Shown here in pieces: positions 15,001 through 22,459 of a stretch of 64,000 nt of DNA (its first letter is position 1; every line of letters starts with the position of its first letter). The notes beneath the pieces were generated by a model, which saw only the letters and a list, made by a program, of their open reading frames with translations, made no database searches and had not been told where the DNA came from. This DNA is from Caecitellus pseudoparvulus (Eukaryota > Protista > Bigyra: Bicosoecida), in contig CBFFRQ010000018.1 in assembly GCA_965644315.1 (NCBI GenBank), positions 1,284,044 to 1,348,043 on the forward strand, in the 5' to 3' direction. The position numbers and the translations under genes are program-made.

Positions 15001-18000
15001 ATCAGCAAGCGCGCTGCGCGTGCGCTGGCCAAGCTGCTTCCAGCTGCTCCAGCATCAGCGGCCTCCGCCTTTGCCTTTGCCTCAGCTTCAGCCCGCTTGA
15101 CTTCGTCCTCCACTGCGGCGGTGAGGCGCTGTACCCAGGAAGCCTGGTCGTGCTGCGCGGCAACGATGTGACGCTGCAAGACATCGGAGAATTGGGCCGG
15201 CAGCGGGGTGGGCAGCTGGCGCGTAAGGGGCAGCAGTGGCGCCTCTTCGAAAGGCATGAGGGTAAGAAGGGCAGGCTCCACACTGGTCAGAGAAGCCGCG
15301 GCGTCGCCCATTCTTCGCAACACTCGCAGCAGTGTCGTCTCCACCTCAGCTGCCGTAGGAGAGAACTGCACGGAATGAGCAGCCAGCTTGGCATCCGCGG
15401 GCAAGGCCAGCCTCAAAGGCGGTGCGGCGTACACGTGCAAGCCAGCCGGCAGGACGTCACTGCGCACCGGGCGGGTGGCTGCGCTGGCAGCAGTGGCACC
15501 TTCACGTGCCCCTGGCACGTACGCACTGGGACCGCCCTCCGTGTGTTCCTTGCCGGTGTAGCCAGGCAGGTGGTGAGGGGCGTGCAGGCGAAGCGCCACG
15601 GCCGTGTGGGTGGTGTACTTGGCGGCAGCGTCTGCGAGCTGCCCGACGTCCATGGGGTCAATCCACACTTCAGGATCCTGGCTAGATTCAGCCACGCCAG
15701 GCAAGGTGAGCTTGGCAGCGCCTGCGACAGGGGACACTGCCGGCGAGGCCTTGGGGAATGCTGCGTCCTCTGCAGGGCTCGCATCGGCTTGCGTCGGACG
15801 CCCGAAGAAGCCACCGAGTGTGGGGCCTTCAAACACGACCCCCTTCAGAGCGGTAGGCACGAGAGTGATGGTGAACAGGGACGGCTTGTGGGACACCGCC
15901 TCGGCTCGCGGGGGCTGTGCGATGGCGTACTTGCCCACCAGAGACTCGTCGCGAAAGTCCAAGCGGGCATCTGGGCGCGAGCCGATTCGGTCATCCTCAT
16001 CGTCGCTCACATCGCCAGGCATCAGCACGGGGGGAACTGGTTGGGGGACGCCCCACAAGGCAGCAGCTGGCGAGCGACCGCCCCTGAGGGGGTAGTTCAG
16101 CAACAACATACTTGAAATCGCATGGCCAGATGGCTGCGCTGGCGGCGGCTTGGCGACCCCACCGAGCAGGCCATCCATCAAGTGCTCGTACTCTGCTGCG
16201 GTTCGCAGAACGACATGGCCTGCGGAGCGGTGCGTGCTGGCGCCATGGTGGCCTGGGTGGACACCATACAGGGTGTCGCAAACTGCACGGGCAGCATCCT
16301 CCAACGAAGCAGCCCCCCTCGCTCCTGGCACGCTTTGATTTGGAGGCAAGCGTGCAGCCTGCAGCAGCTGCAGCGCAGAGCCCTGCACCTGCTGCAAGTC
16401 GCCGTGCTGCGCTGGAACAATAGAAGTGTCCCGACCTGCTGCAAGAGCGGTGGCAAAGGCCCCCTGTCTACCAGCCGGGTGAGCAGATGCTTGCACTGCA
16501 GCAGCATGTGCTTCGGCTGCCTCGCGCAGCTGTGAGCCCAGAAGCGCCGTGGCCACGTGCCCCACCAGTGCCCCCGCGTGGTAGCCATGCCGGGTGTTCA
16601 AGGCAGTGGCGTGCAGGGAAGCAGCAGCTGTGAAGGCACGGTACGCCTGCAGGGCACTGTCCACATCCTGTGCTCGCTCTTCGCGATCGGCAAACACCAG
16701 CGTGGCCGTGTCACGCACGGCCCCCGTTTCACACACGCCGGCAAGCATGGAGATAAACGAGTCGATGGAGGCTGACGTCAGTGTTCGCAGCTGCGCTGTC
16801 ATGAACAACTGAATACGGCGCAGCATGTCTGATAGAGGGCTTGCCTCGTACAGCGACTGGCTGCGCATGTACAGGTTGTACACGTTGTGCACGGAGTCGT
16901 GCAGCTCTGCGACGAACTTCACGCGCCAATCTTCCCGGAGGTCTGCGAGGAGTTCAGCAGAAGCTGCCGCTTGCCGGCGTTCAAATGTGGCGAGGGACAT
17001 GGGCCACACGGGTTCCTCCCCCAACAGCTCCAGGTAATCCACCCCCTTCAAGCAAGCAAACACATCCTCCTCGTCCAGCGAGGCGCCTGTGTGCTCGGAC
17101 CTGGACGATGGCTGTGGGTTTGTCACCACCAAAGCTGGCGCGTCAGTCCCGAGAGACGCTGCGGAAGCAGACGCCCCCATGCCGTCCTCCCCCGCAGCGC
17201 CGCCTCGCACGGCGAAGCGGCGCCGCATGTGCTTGCGGGCACGCTCGCGCTGCAATGCCTCGTGCTCAGGCGACGCACCTGCTCCGGAAGTAGCGGAGCC
17301 CAGCCACGTGTCAGCAAAGCGGCGCCGTTTCGACAGGAAGCGCGTGTGAAAGAGGCGAGCGAGCCAGTAGGAGGGCAGCCACACTGGCGCAGTGGACACA
17401 GCTAGCGTCTCCTCCAGCGCCATCATGGCCTGGGCAAAGGGAATGCGGGCAGCATCGCCGTGTGCGAAGCCTTCCAACACACTGGGTGTCACCTCCACCT
17501 GCCCGAACACGGGCGCAGGCGGCACGGGAACAGGCCGAGGCAAGCGCAGCGCAACGTGGGCCCTGCGCTTTGCTGGATCCACGAGTCGGTACGTGTGCTG
17601 AGCAAGCTTCATGGTGAAGGCGAATTCATCCCGCACCTCCTGCATGGTGCGTGAGACCAGCTGCTCGTGGCGCTCCAACGTGGGCAGTGGGTTGGACGCC
17701 CTGACAGCTTTGCGGAGAATGCCGGCCTGCACCTCCTCAGACAGAGGAGCAAGCACGTCGGGCGTTGACGGCTGCCCCTCCAGGAAGTGGACATATCGAA
17801 GAGCTGCTTTGGCTGCCTCGCGCCGGGCAGCAGCTGCTGCCCGGCGCGCGAAGAACGCCTCGAAAGACTCTGCGGCGAATCGCAGGTTCAGACGCCGCAC
17901 CCAGCGCTTCGGCAGCTTCCCAGGCAAGTGCAGAACACCATCTTTGTACCATTCGGACTCCTGCTGCTTGCGAGCTTGGAGGTCCTCGGGGCGTGGCTGC

Positions 18001-20945
18001 ATGACGTCGCCGCCGACGCCTTGGTAAGCCTCGACAGGGGGCACCATGGCTGGGCGCAAGTGTGACGTGGAGGGCGCCTGACTGCCCTTCGACACCGCCT
18101 CTCGCAGCTCGCCCTCCGTACCTTCCTCCAGTGTGCTGCCTTCTGCCACTCGTGTCAAGTCTGATAGCTTGGAGGCGTGGGACTGCACAGCAGCGCGCAG
18201 AGATGCGGTGGGCAGGAAGACGACGTGGTACAGCTCGGCCTGCTCGTCAAAGTCAGTGACGACGACGGGAGACCACACCCACTTGCCTCCTGAGAAGATG
18301 GGCGAATAAGCCAATGGCCCCTCCACGTGCACGACGTGGGGTGCCTCTGCCTCCTCAGACTCCTTGCCACCCTCCTCTCCCTGCAAGGCGACAGTGGACC
18401 TGACAAAGGGGGGGGTGGACAGCCACTCTTCGGGGGTGGCTGTCTCATACTCCTCGTTGTCAAACACCTGCAGAGGCAGCTCTGACAGGTCCAAGCGCAG
18501 GAACAGCGGGTCAGCCACCGACGCAGGGACGTCGGACACGGCAGGCCACTCGGCATCATCCGCCCCAGTCACGAGTACGGTGCGGCCGGTGAGGATGTCC
18601 CCAGTCAGGGAGTCAGCGTCGTCGTCGCCACCCTTGCCCTCTGTGCCCGAGGCCTTGGCGCGGCTGCGGGCAGCAGCGGCCTCCACCCTGGCTTTGTGGG
18701 CAGCCGCGGCGGTGGTGCCGATGAGGCTGGCGTCCTCTACTGTGAAGGTGGCCTTCCCTCCCCGCTTGATGCTTACCCCTGCAATGGGCTCAACGCCGAA
18801 GGTGGCAGAGCGGTCATGAGCATGCACCGCTGCAGCACCCACTGCAGGACTGGACCTGATGGCCAGCGCTGCGACTTTCGCGAGGAGATCCTTCGCAGCG
18901 CACAGGACGCTCGCAGAAGGAGCAGGCTCGGGGGACAGCAGCTTGGAGTTGGACGGGGTGAGGCGGGAGGCGGGGCCCAGCCCTGCCGCTCCGATGATGG
19001 TGGTCAGCTCCATCATGCTGATGTCTGAGGTCGCCTGGTCCTCGGCAGCCGCCTCTGCAGCCTTGCGCTGCTTCAGCGTTGCGTCCAGGCGCAGGGAAGC
19101 GGTGGTGCCCAGGAGCCCGATGAGTGGGGAGGACGCCGAGGGAGTGAAGAGGGGGTCTGCAGCGAACGCCGCCAACAACGCCTCTTCCTCCGCACTGACA
19201 GCCGGCGCTGCGCCCTTGCCTTCCCCTTCCTCCAAGTGGAACCTCACGTGGCTCTCAGGCTCGGACGCAGGCTCCCCCGCCTGAGCCAGCACCCTGCGCA
19301 TGCTCAGCCCCTCAATGCCTGCCAGCGACAGGGCGGCGTGGTCGGGAACGGCCTGCACCTGCGACCCCAGGCTGCCTGCGCTTGACAGCGCCGCGATGAC
19401 GGCCGCTGCGTTCTTGGCCGCTGAGCGGGAGGAGCCATCCCGCGGCACATGGGTGGGCAGGCGGCGCACAGTCAAGGGCGTGCGGCGGAGGGACTCCCGC
19501 ACACACAGCAGGCGGTCGAGCCCCACTGCGGCAGCAGAGTCCCGCAGGCCCGGGAGCTTGGCTTCGCCCCGAGCGGCGCCGGGAGCAGCGGACTTGCGTT
19601 CACGGGCGGCATTGCGCTTGCGAGCCACGCGCCCGCCTGCCGTCTCCAGCAGGGCCGTGAAGAGGCGGGCTGAGAGAATGCCCAGGGAGAGAGAGAAGTT
19701 GCCGCCCACACGCTCAGAGGGAGTGGGCAGGTATGGCGTCGTGCCAGGCGGCACATGCACGACGATGGAGGTGTCTGGAGCCGCCCGGTTCACTTCCCGC
19801 CCGGACGGGGACAAGGCGCGTGCCGTCGCCTGCGCGGTGGCTGCCGCGCTGCGCTCAGCGGATACTGCTGTGCTAGCACGGGTCTTGATGGCGCCAGGCT
19901 CGATCTCCACCGCGACCCGGGCGCCTGCGTCGGTTGCCAGGCCGGCTGCTGCCTGGGCTGACCGCAGGCCCGGGCCACGCCCATGCCCTGGCAAGGCAGC
20001 CGTGGCGCCCAGCGGGGCCTTCCACGACTCAATGCCCTTTTCCAAGTGTGCTGTCTTCCCGCCCATGCCCTGCAGGGCTTTCGCTGTGCGCTTCTCTGCC
20101 GTGCGGCGTTGGCTGATGCGTTTGAACGAGCGAGGCACCGGGCCACCGCCGGGCAGGCGCGCCTTGATGGTGGGCCCAAGCGGCCCGAAGCCAGGGCCAA
20201 CGACCTTCCCACCTGGCACGAACTGCACGCCTGTGGCGGCAATGCCCATCGCAGTCTGGCGGTCCAGGCCCGTCTCCCGGGCTGTTTCGGGCGACGCAAG
20301 GAGCGTTTTCAGGGACTCCTGCAGCCCAGCGCCTGCAAAGAGGTGCGGAGACGGCCGGTGCGGCGCAAACAACGAGAAACGCGCATGGTGGGCATATTTG
20401 GGTTGCAGGGTCAGTCGTGAGTCCGCAGAAAGCGCCTCAAAGACAGGCACAGCCGGCCTTGGTGGGCAGCGGCGCGGTGTCGCTGTCGACCATTTCCGAT
20501 GCTCACCAACTACACTGGCTGTAGCCCTAACCCGGCCCCTTCGCGGACACTCACCCTTCGTTGCGGAGCCCAGTCGGCCTGGGCTGCCTTGGCTCGCTTC
20601 CCCTGCCACTCCTTGCTTGTCTGACGGCCCCCTGCCTTTCCCTCGTCGAGATGGTGAGGGACTCGTCAGTCCAAGACCAGCCTCGGCGTGCGTTATGGGC
20701 GTGCGTGCCGGGAGGTGCTGGGAAGTGTACGTCCCTTTCAAGTCTCGTGATGAGCTTGGCCTGGGGCTGCGGGGGCTCCTGCCTTGAGCCTCCACAGAGG
20801 GCAGCGTCGGTGGTGCCGGAGAAGCCAGCGGCGACGAGCCAGGCGGCGCGTGGCCGGCAGTGCCGCCGCGGGACGCAGTGATGCGCGCAACCCCTGGCAC
20901 CTCGAAAGAGTCAGAGGATGCATCATTGGCAGAGGGTGCTGCCAT
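1..20945 (-). CDS. DNAH1: Axonemal inner-arm dynein heavy chain, DNAH1-like; at least 6981 codons, last few codons outside the window
   Basis: Minus-strand motifs translated by hand: AAA1 GPAGTGKTESTKD (~10560-10600), AAA2 GHTGAGKTT (~9730-9760), AAA3 GPTGTGKS (~7935-7960), AAA4 GVGGSGRRCLTRL (~6260-6300), C-terminal CPTYKT..RHGVLSTTGHSTNFV..WTRRGAALL (3-150), DNAH1-type LPLQVFDNEEYETATPEEW (~18425-18480). The ORF track lists no terminated ORF in this frame between 1 and the stop at 21036; the first ATG is at 20945. Subfamily assignment is less certain than the family. Confidence 0.95.
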   Translation of the reverse strand, partial: MAAPSANDASSDSFEVPGVARITASRGGTAGHAPPGSSPLASPAPPTLPSVEAQGRSPRSPRPSSSRDLKGTYTSQHLPARTPITHAEAGLGLTSPSPSRRGKGRGPSDKQGVAGEASQGSPGRLGSATKGECPRRGRVRATASVVGEHRKWSTATPRRCPPRPAVPVFEALSADSRLTLQPKYAHHARFSLFAPHRPSPHLFAGAGLQESLKTLLASPETARETGLDRQTAMGIAATGVQFVPGGKVVGPGFGPLGPTIKARLPGGGPVPRSFKRISQRRTAEKRTAKALQGMGGKTAHLEKGIESWKAPLGATAALPGHGRGPGLRSAQAAAGLATDAGARVAVEIEPGAIKTRASTAVSAERSAAATAQATARALSPSGREVNRAAPDTSIVVHVPPGTTPYLPTPSERVGGNFSLSLGILSARLFTALLETAGGRVARKRNAARERKSAAPGAARGEAKLPGLRDSAAAVGLDRLLCVRESLRRTPLTVRRLPTHVPRDGSSRSAAKNAAAVIAALSSAGSLGSQVQAVPDHAALSLAGIEGLSMRRVLAQAGEPASEPESHVRFHLEEGEGKGAAPAVSAEEEALLAAFAADPLFTPSASSPLIGLLGTTASLRLDATLKQRKAAEAAAEDQATSDISMMELTTIIGAAGLGPASRLTPSNSKLLSPEPAPSASVLCAAKDLLAKVAALAIRSSPAVGAAAVHAHDRSATFGVEPIAGVSIKRGGKATFTVEDASLIGTTAAAAHKARVEAAAARSRAKASGTEGKGGDDDADSLTGDILTGRTVLVTGADDAEWPAVSDVPASVADPLFLRLDLSELPLQVFDNEEYETATPEEWLSTPPFVRSTVALQGEEGGKESEEAEAPHVVHVEGPLAYSPIFSGGKWVWSPVVVTDFDEQAELYHVVFLPTASLRAAVQSHASKLSDLTRVAEGSTLEEGTEGELREAVSKGSQAPSTSHLRPAMVPPVEAYQGVGGDVMQPRPEDLQARKQQESEWYKDGVLHLPGKLPKRWVRRLNLRFAAESFEAFFARRAAAAARREAAKAALRYVHFLEGQPSTPDVLAPLSEEVQAGILRKAVRASNPLPTLERHEQLVSRTMQEVRDEFAFTMKLAQHTYRLVDPAKRRAHVALRLPRPVPVPPAPVFGQVEVTPSVLEGFAHGDAARIPFAQAMMALEETLAVSTAPVWLPSYWLARLFHTRFLSKRRRFADTWLGSATSGAGASPEHEALQRERARKHMRRRFAVRGGAAGEDGMGASASAASLGTDAPALVVTNPQPSSRSEHTGASLDEEDVFACLKGVDYLELLGEEPVWPMSLATFERRQAAASAELLADLREDWRVKFVAELHDSVHNVYNLYMRSQSLYEASPLSDMLRRIQLFMTAQLRTLTSASIDSFISMLAGVCETGAVRDTATLVFADREERAQDVDSALQAYRAFTAAASLHATALNTRHGYHAGALVGHVATALLGSQLREAAEAHAAAVQASAHPAGRQGAFATALAAGRDTSIVPAQHGDLQQVQGSALQLLQAARLPPNQSVPGARGAASLEDAARAVCDTLYGVHPGHHGASTHRSAGHVVLRTAAEYEHLMDGLLGGVAKPPPAQPSGHAISSMLLLNYPLRGGRSPAAALWGVPQPVPPVLMPGDVSDDEDDRIGSRPDARLDFRDESLVGKYAIAQPPRAEAVSHKPSLFTITLVPTALKGVVFEGPTLGGFFGRPTQADASPAEDAAFPKASPAVSPVAGAAKLTLPGVAESSQDPEVWIDPMDVGQLADAAAKYTTHTAVALRLHAPHHLPGYTGKEHTEGGPSAYVPGAREGATAASAATRPVRSDVLPAGLHVYAAPPLRLALPADAKLAAHSVQFSPTAAEVETTLLRVLRRMGDAAASLTSVEPALLTLMPFEEAPLLPLTRQLPTPLPAQFSDVLQRHIVAAQHDQASWVQRLTAAVEDEVKRAEAEAKAKAEAADAGAAGSSLASARAARLLMASGVSSMPNLHRDRNVRKLLQGRPRPSAGPLSSAIEDMQQWHPAAVELRAAHEYLTDKLATSRQHLSTVPPSAVPVETRMEAARAAISQMVAAEMVRPNALANVYGRFAWLLSLRGADLTRGLSVRRRPPVLTEWDLGAPAEEGDDDGLGSREASAFPSALSGLRRRQAEADPSAVHIGPLRSAVVRGEDEWETEEETSDEEQDMEALFAAAHVAQAARAAMLSGATSPHLAATLPVDEGDETEATLPPAVLAVTPGSGPGDELYPADSAQEEQRAAAMSERRAKRAAEAAAVAARQHALAASASDDDFGMHGDGMGFGEMEAASEGDEVPLRQWQLPYVPKWAAHLTYDEAGRPKKKRAKDERREIRRFWRASQEIARLSDDHVSFGLFAVDTSHVKAVLTKRARELTTAMAKIIVRDCARVAVEVDEKYAELLARLKLKPSNARGVERMRAVLEALDGLVSGLEALSIETWRRLTSLGEFDRDERDIPKQVVRALLYLRTWPSRIMEQAGAALAHLDLESDKLVAELEVEKAAFEKQVAQLPGRVLEFYEKGGEELEVTDKAAFDKVAEEALSLQDQLIESTARATDFNERERIFEQPLSDFTTLERVKHDFQPFYRLWSVVNELDDKAVKWTENPFSEIDTKEMVSKVTAWHAGANGLIKAFAELGAEKPLEVATSLRKKLTGFREILPVVEALGAKDVMQPEHWQDVADRLDDFNGKPFDPLEEQRDFCLNDLINHGVKNHMDDVQEVALIASKQHALNASLQSMVGELRAVSLSLMPYPKSPDVAIIKGVDVIQALLDDQLVKTQNLLTSPYIVNILEDTRRFESMLLDATNLLEVWMNVQRSWRYLEPIFGSKDIMRQMPEQGRVFRVVDKVWRELMRGVAAEPSLVENLADSKLLSTLQNAAQRLETVQRGLNKYLEMKRGQFPRFYFLSNEELLEILAETKDPRRVQPHLNKSFEGIDRIEFKELDGYVSEDDEEDDEGDGEGGEDGAPAQKRQFPKCEIVAMVSKEKEVVRLDAPVDPNRGNRKGNVELWMTDLEDAMRSTLKAIMGRSIRAYAAEPEKREQLFLEWPGQIVLAVDAVFWTHHVEGALRRMKERHEANVAAWVAEKAAERRRAREVRRQMEEAMRSGGDSVLSGGASEEGGLTGRGGSGPVPAGAAQDTGIAVKGMVRRRSSRSMMRTDSSGRMLPPAHPAQGAAGQSAGSQPGAKLPRKPSKARVAGDRPPQMPRPASLRRSASGRSIGSARSDEEPIVAASVRSADNSDPASQVEVDVAPLAAYRDKLNEQLLNIVALVRQSGLKPLQRMTLTCLTTTNVHARDVVDEMVSKKVHDVNDFEWFSQLRYYWSGDPEWRGDDGATVGAGNAAAMAAGPSSPSQRRRKGGQGKGAAVGSGGVTLGSAPVVATLSLEEPPSMPVRIVNATAYYAWEYLGNSSRLVITPLTDRCYRTLMGAVHLLYGGAPEGPAGTGKTESTKDLAKALAVQCVVYNCSERMNTSSMAKLFKGLASCGAWACFDEFNRIELEVLSVIAQQILTIQKGKREGAKRFVFEGTSLNLRPSCNVFITMNPGYAGRSELPDNLKALFRPCAMMVPDYAMIAEIMLYSYGFESARDMSRKIVQVLRLASEQLSSQKHYDYGMRAVKAILVAAAALKRQLAWAEEELVLKAILDVNLPKFLEQDLPLFNGIVGDLFPRATLPAQEDHGLQGALLQAVAKHRLQAVPVLLQKASQLYDTTSVRHGMMLVGHTGAGKTTVVRTLARALNLLADAQRAAETEALAADDASRDHSVDLSPERSRSVGSSGSGMLRGMPEVEGAPEVPMKLAVPPAEIRRYSHVRMRVLNPKALAVEDLYGQDDVNTGDWTDGVLSLAVRMAARDVGQEAKWVMCDGPVDAVWIENMNTVLDDNKKLCLQSGEVIRLTNEMRMMFEVQDLVAASPATVSRCGMVYMEPHQLGWRPLVASWVAALPSSMRLDHGDFLQDAADWLLPHCLAYVRGTEKQNYVTSTVPGLTGAFLRLLGALMREEWVHMFETAALNEAAATAAGRAAVSASLASGPDTHSQSIQSAAAQDVAARRAAAAKAKEDVAVREKLEAMVVFALVWSVGGALGAESRPGFDTLLRALLAGDSVPDEVSYVKPPPRSHTLHDLQQRMDASFAALGAALDAAGVKQGALVLPASVEVPEAAFTRYELLSAGDAFDLISPQVGVRTSKLRFPDVDDASVFDFVLDMGARPSEGSSKEAPSAGAPSSLQLAATSAAGADAALTAAPPGQGPGGSVSTGPIKWQPWMPAGGSSGASSPRSGGARVPLFSIRPGIPYSDIVVPTVDTVRQSTIMQALVRHGVHVLAVGPTGTGKSVSIQHMLGKLAKERYQAVPLRFSARTTAAATQDIIDGAMSKRRAGVYGLSLGRTAVVFVDDLNMPEKEEYGAQPPIELLRQWMDHGGWYGFRSRGKPFRRVVDTQFVAGMGLSSGSRSEVTQRYLRHFNMISCVPFDETSLRRIFGSISRWFLTGASVADSLAGVALASSPTAAAGAGTGATSPRGAAPAVMQVAPKLVSAAVQIYATLQKHLRPTPAKSHYTFNLRDLSAVFEGTVAATPRDMREPEHLIRLVGHELFRVFSDRLVDMHDVQWFHDLVVDEIKAFTGVSWTRALQGFYDSSSDTRAKERKAEEAAAAAAAERASLERELDELKERSWAKATERAQAEKALTAEKHVRIDEGGEAAEPTEVSAPIVVTDADIEAQLSASDKSRMDSIAKKLESMPTSFKCKRGTQPFAFADDWATPDAGDGKADMHGESKEAPSALLPLRRDHDAATAAAVGAPFAEDGSASNSLAFGNFFEGDSAGKYAQAQSDAALLHALRSSLDQYNGTVKQSMDIVLFGMARDHVVRIARRLAQTAGHALLVGVGGSGRRCLTRLAAFTQGQSVFSLSSASTYGFTEWRDDLREVMTLAGVQNKPQVLLLSDADISSDAMMEDVNNIMNAGEVPGLFNEEDKTTVITDCQDAATKAAIAERAQAEAEGDVEAPSTADVVLTRADVFSYFVKACRRNLHVVLAFSPVGKAFRDRLRNFPSLVNCTYIDWFFPWPNQALTSVANKVLVDGGVVAPEDMGKVVPVAVSAHSVSSALTSSMRAETGRHNYVTPTMFLQFLKLYQGLLRSRRAAVSKDQDKYAKGVAAVDNAEAVATTLQRKVEELQPELEASRARTDRAMAAIEVQQAEVDRERAVVVAEEQRLTAEADAAEAMMAECQAELDHAKPLLEEATQALKGLNKQDIVEVKSLKHPPEAVKNVMKGVCIIKKQAPIKGTDGKPSYWVAAKKNLLSKSNFVKTLLTFKMKSLTDRIVEPLRPLLADPNFTPEIVRSSSVAAAGLCRWLHAVVGYHDTVKVVAPKERAVEDAQAALRVKKAALAEKQAMLQELEAKLATLLAQLRDANDEKARLEAGMQQCLTQQANAKILIASLGGQRDRWRRRTVEEQARYQHLTGDALLAAAVVAYLGPFSAEYRSQATQQWLAACVQHAVPLTCTAAGAADEGGQPAFSLVSVLGNDAVIQKWKAQGLPDDPASIDNALMMDASSLWPLLIDPQEQANAWIRSRELAAMEAAKAEAEAVEESKTSGSGRTPAGSAGASGVIGRLRARGNRDIVLPGSLIVVKPSTSNLSRTMEAAVSYGHHVLVEGVGETLVGVLKPLLERREHMAGGVKVIRLGDNTVEYNESFRLFMTTKLPNPHFAPEARVKVNLLNFSATPAGLTDQLLGTVVQHEAKEIENQRRASIKQIAQATAKVSETEERVLSELSSAGDNLLDNEELIATLQASQAISLQAEEELEQGRRSDKRVRALRMEYVPVARRAATLYFTIVSLSKLDPMYQFSLQWFTRLFQVALERTTVSKRKLPLRLAGIVNTFTLLLYRNVCRSLFEKHKLLLSLLMTLRILETETNTPPEHIRFLLSGATSISLSEGNPVAQAAAAATAQRKLPSTSPRGASGEGGFTSEPGVRDLLAGSDVTLDVQVVSEMEDEEAEEQVWLSDEAWRNFLDAASLPGFEGLVEDFKTRMAIWRDVASSDKPSDALMNVLLPASAMDDDGTASGMGSTARSGLGSTLGSMKGGAGRGMTSAASIGASTLASGMHGGPAKSVAGGGAALPRVDSFASSMLSGPAGAGGGTNDPVDSARWFPRELDGISLGGHRHIVGPASAYVQALTRQGAGGGKRGHRGVPTSAANVRYGGVSHARRAAVPPAAQSLAEALIGTGVNGDGAYSYSVTKKGHRKWSELTMLEHAILIRCLRPDKLVPALQDLIAETLGKEFVDMSPLDLAASYKDSAPDVPLVFVLSPGADPMTELLKFAETQGMAKQLEIISLGQGQGAIAEEAIRTAKDSTGKWVCLQNCHLAKSWMPSLERLVESFDAETMEPTFRLWLTSKPAPEFPVPVLQRGVKMILEPPKGVRNNLLGSFTTLTDEYLNSCSQGPPFRKLLFGLCFFHACVLERRAFGPLGWNIPYEFAASDLAISASQLKMFLDDMTPMWALVSSDSAAKPGTPSPATPVHGARSVATGDGGSSVMGGAESSSRRWVVPYAALHYLIAECNYGGRVTDDKDRRLLHATLSSVLNPDIMEDGFKFSDSGIYFAPPDGPLETYIEYIQSLPRNDEPELFGLHPNAAITNAVNESRSILQAGLQLQPRKASQQKSIQPAPASSASEGKNEHASGVEHAQQEDPLVSTAASILERLPSEFDVEAVERDHPVQHEQSMNTVLLQELGRFNGLIREVRSTLLSLQDALRGIILMGGDLEELADSLSTGRVPEAWHRVAYPSMKPLGSWVEDLLQRVAFFAEWVRDGPPASFWISGFFFTQSFLTGTLQNFARKYTVPIDAVYFDFEVQTSTSPHSGTSAPPDGAFVHGLFLEGAAWDPVECVLVDQRPQELLSPLPMLWLRPAVFEAGGSAEEGKEAESKAGSGVPRYAPPSTHVYVCPTYKTASRHGVLSTTGHSTNFVLDISLPISEDDTPQKWTRRGAALL

Positions 20946-21264
20946 GCTTGGCTGAAGCAAGGGCTTCCAGCTGGCGTCGACAGGTGGTGGCACGCAGCCA
21001 CGTGCCGTTGAACGGACGTCGCAAGCGACTCCCCCTCACCTGCCACGCGGATCCGGGAACTGGCAAGCTCTTGTTGCACAGGCGCGATGCGTGCAACGTG
21101 TCATGAAGCTTTGTGAGAGAGGTGTGGATTTGGCAGATTCTGTCTTTCTCCAGGGGTGAATCGGGTGTGCGGGGCACGAACGGCAGGCTGTGCCGCTCTG
21201 GCGCAGGCCTGCAGTGAGGCACAGATTGGTCAGAGAGCGCGCCGTCCACGTGCTATGGCATGGA

Positions 21265-22082
21265 TCAGCTGCCACTGGGAGTGGGGTCGGCCCCACACTC
21301 ACTAAGACTAGAGTGTCGTTCACAGGCGGCCGTTCCTGCCTGCTGCCCCGCAGGACGGCAAAACAAAGCCTCCCATGCGAGCGGCGGCCCTGCTCCATAT
21401 GCGTGTGTGGGCGCAAACCGAGTGGCTTGGAGGCTCAGTAGGTGCAGCCCAGCCTGCAAGGCTGGCTGCACCACTTCCACTGCTGAGAGCATGGTGGGCC
21501 CCAAGTCAACACGGCTGTCTTGGCTATTCCCGGTCAAGGCGAGGTACTGGCCCCCTGGCACAAGAGCTGCCATGACCAAGCTGAGGAAGGCAGGTCGTTC
21601 GGCACGACTGAGAGTGTGCATCACTTGACAGTCAAAGATGAAGTCAACTCCCCCTCGGTCTGCAAGCCGGCGCAACTCATTGTGCATGTCACCTAACACC
21701 CACCGCACAGAGGAAGGCAAAGGATCGGCCTGTGAAGCGGCCTCTTCGGCCGATTTGCATGCTCCAATTGCAGAGGGGGCTATGTCCACTCCCACAACTT
21801 GCTTGAAACCATGACGGGCGAGGGCTATCGTGCTGGGAAGGCAGCATTGCGGATGGGCAACAAGAAAGCGCTGGCAGGCTGCGGGAAATCTCACCTATGG
21901 CCGGTACCACAACCAACCTCACATGCTGCTTCCGTAGGCCCCTTGTACTGACGGAGGAAGTCCAGCAGCTGAGGGACAGCGGCGCCGCAGTCCCAAGGAG
22001 CTAGATGGGGCGTGGCGTGAAACGCTTCCCACTTTTCTAGACTTTCATCCTGAGACGCTTCCTTTCCATGGCTAGAGGCCAT
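21265..22082 (-). CDS. Class I SAM-dependent methyltransferase, TPMT/thiol-halide methyltransferase-like; 2 exons
   Basis: APWD, motif I EVGCGTG, VVGVDIA, DFIFD, LVPGG. GT-AG intron 21894-21833 (62 nt) joins the two ORFs as GTGH-STIAL. Confidence 0.85.
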
Positions 22083-22459
22083 AGCACACTTTTCAATGCG
22101 GGAATGTCCCGCCTGCTTCCTCTTTGCCAGGCAGACTGCGGTGGAGACAACGATCAGGGCGGAAATGTGCCCCTCCTTGAAGCTGGCAGCCCAGCTCTGT
22201 CAGACCACGCTGTCAAGCTAACCGAATCACAGTCGATTGGCGGCAAAAACAAGGTTCGCACGCCTACTGTCTGGATTCCGAGCTTGGCAACTCAGAGCAG
22301 TCGCCTTGACACGGCGCCTTTTCCGATTTACGCGTGGAGAGCTGTCTCGAGAAGCCAGTCAGGAGAAAAAGGCCACCCTCCTCGACGCGTCTTCACAGCC
22401 CCTTGAAGTTGGGCAGCAGGACTGCGTGCCCCATGCCAGGCTGAAACGTACTTGCTGAT

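Noticed and set aside
40-20900. Dozens of plus-strand and off-frame ORFs up to 495 aa
   Set aside because: Antisense or frame shadows of the GC-rich dynein CDS; no independent motifs.
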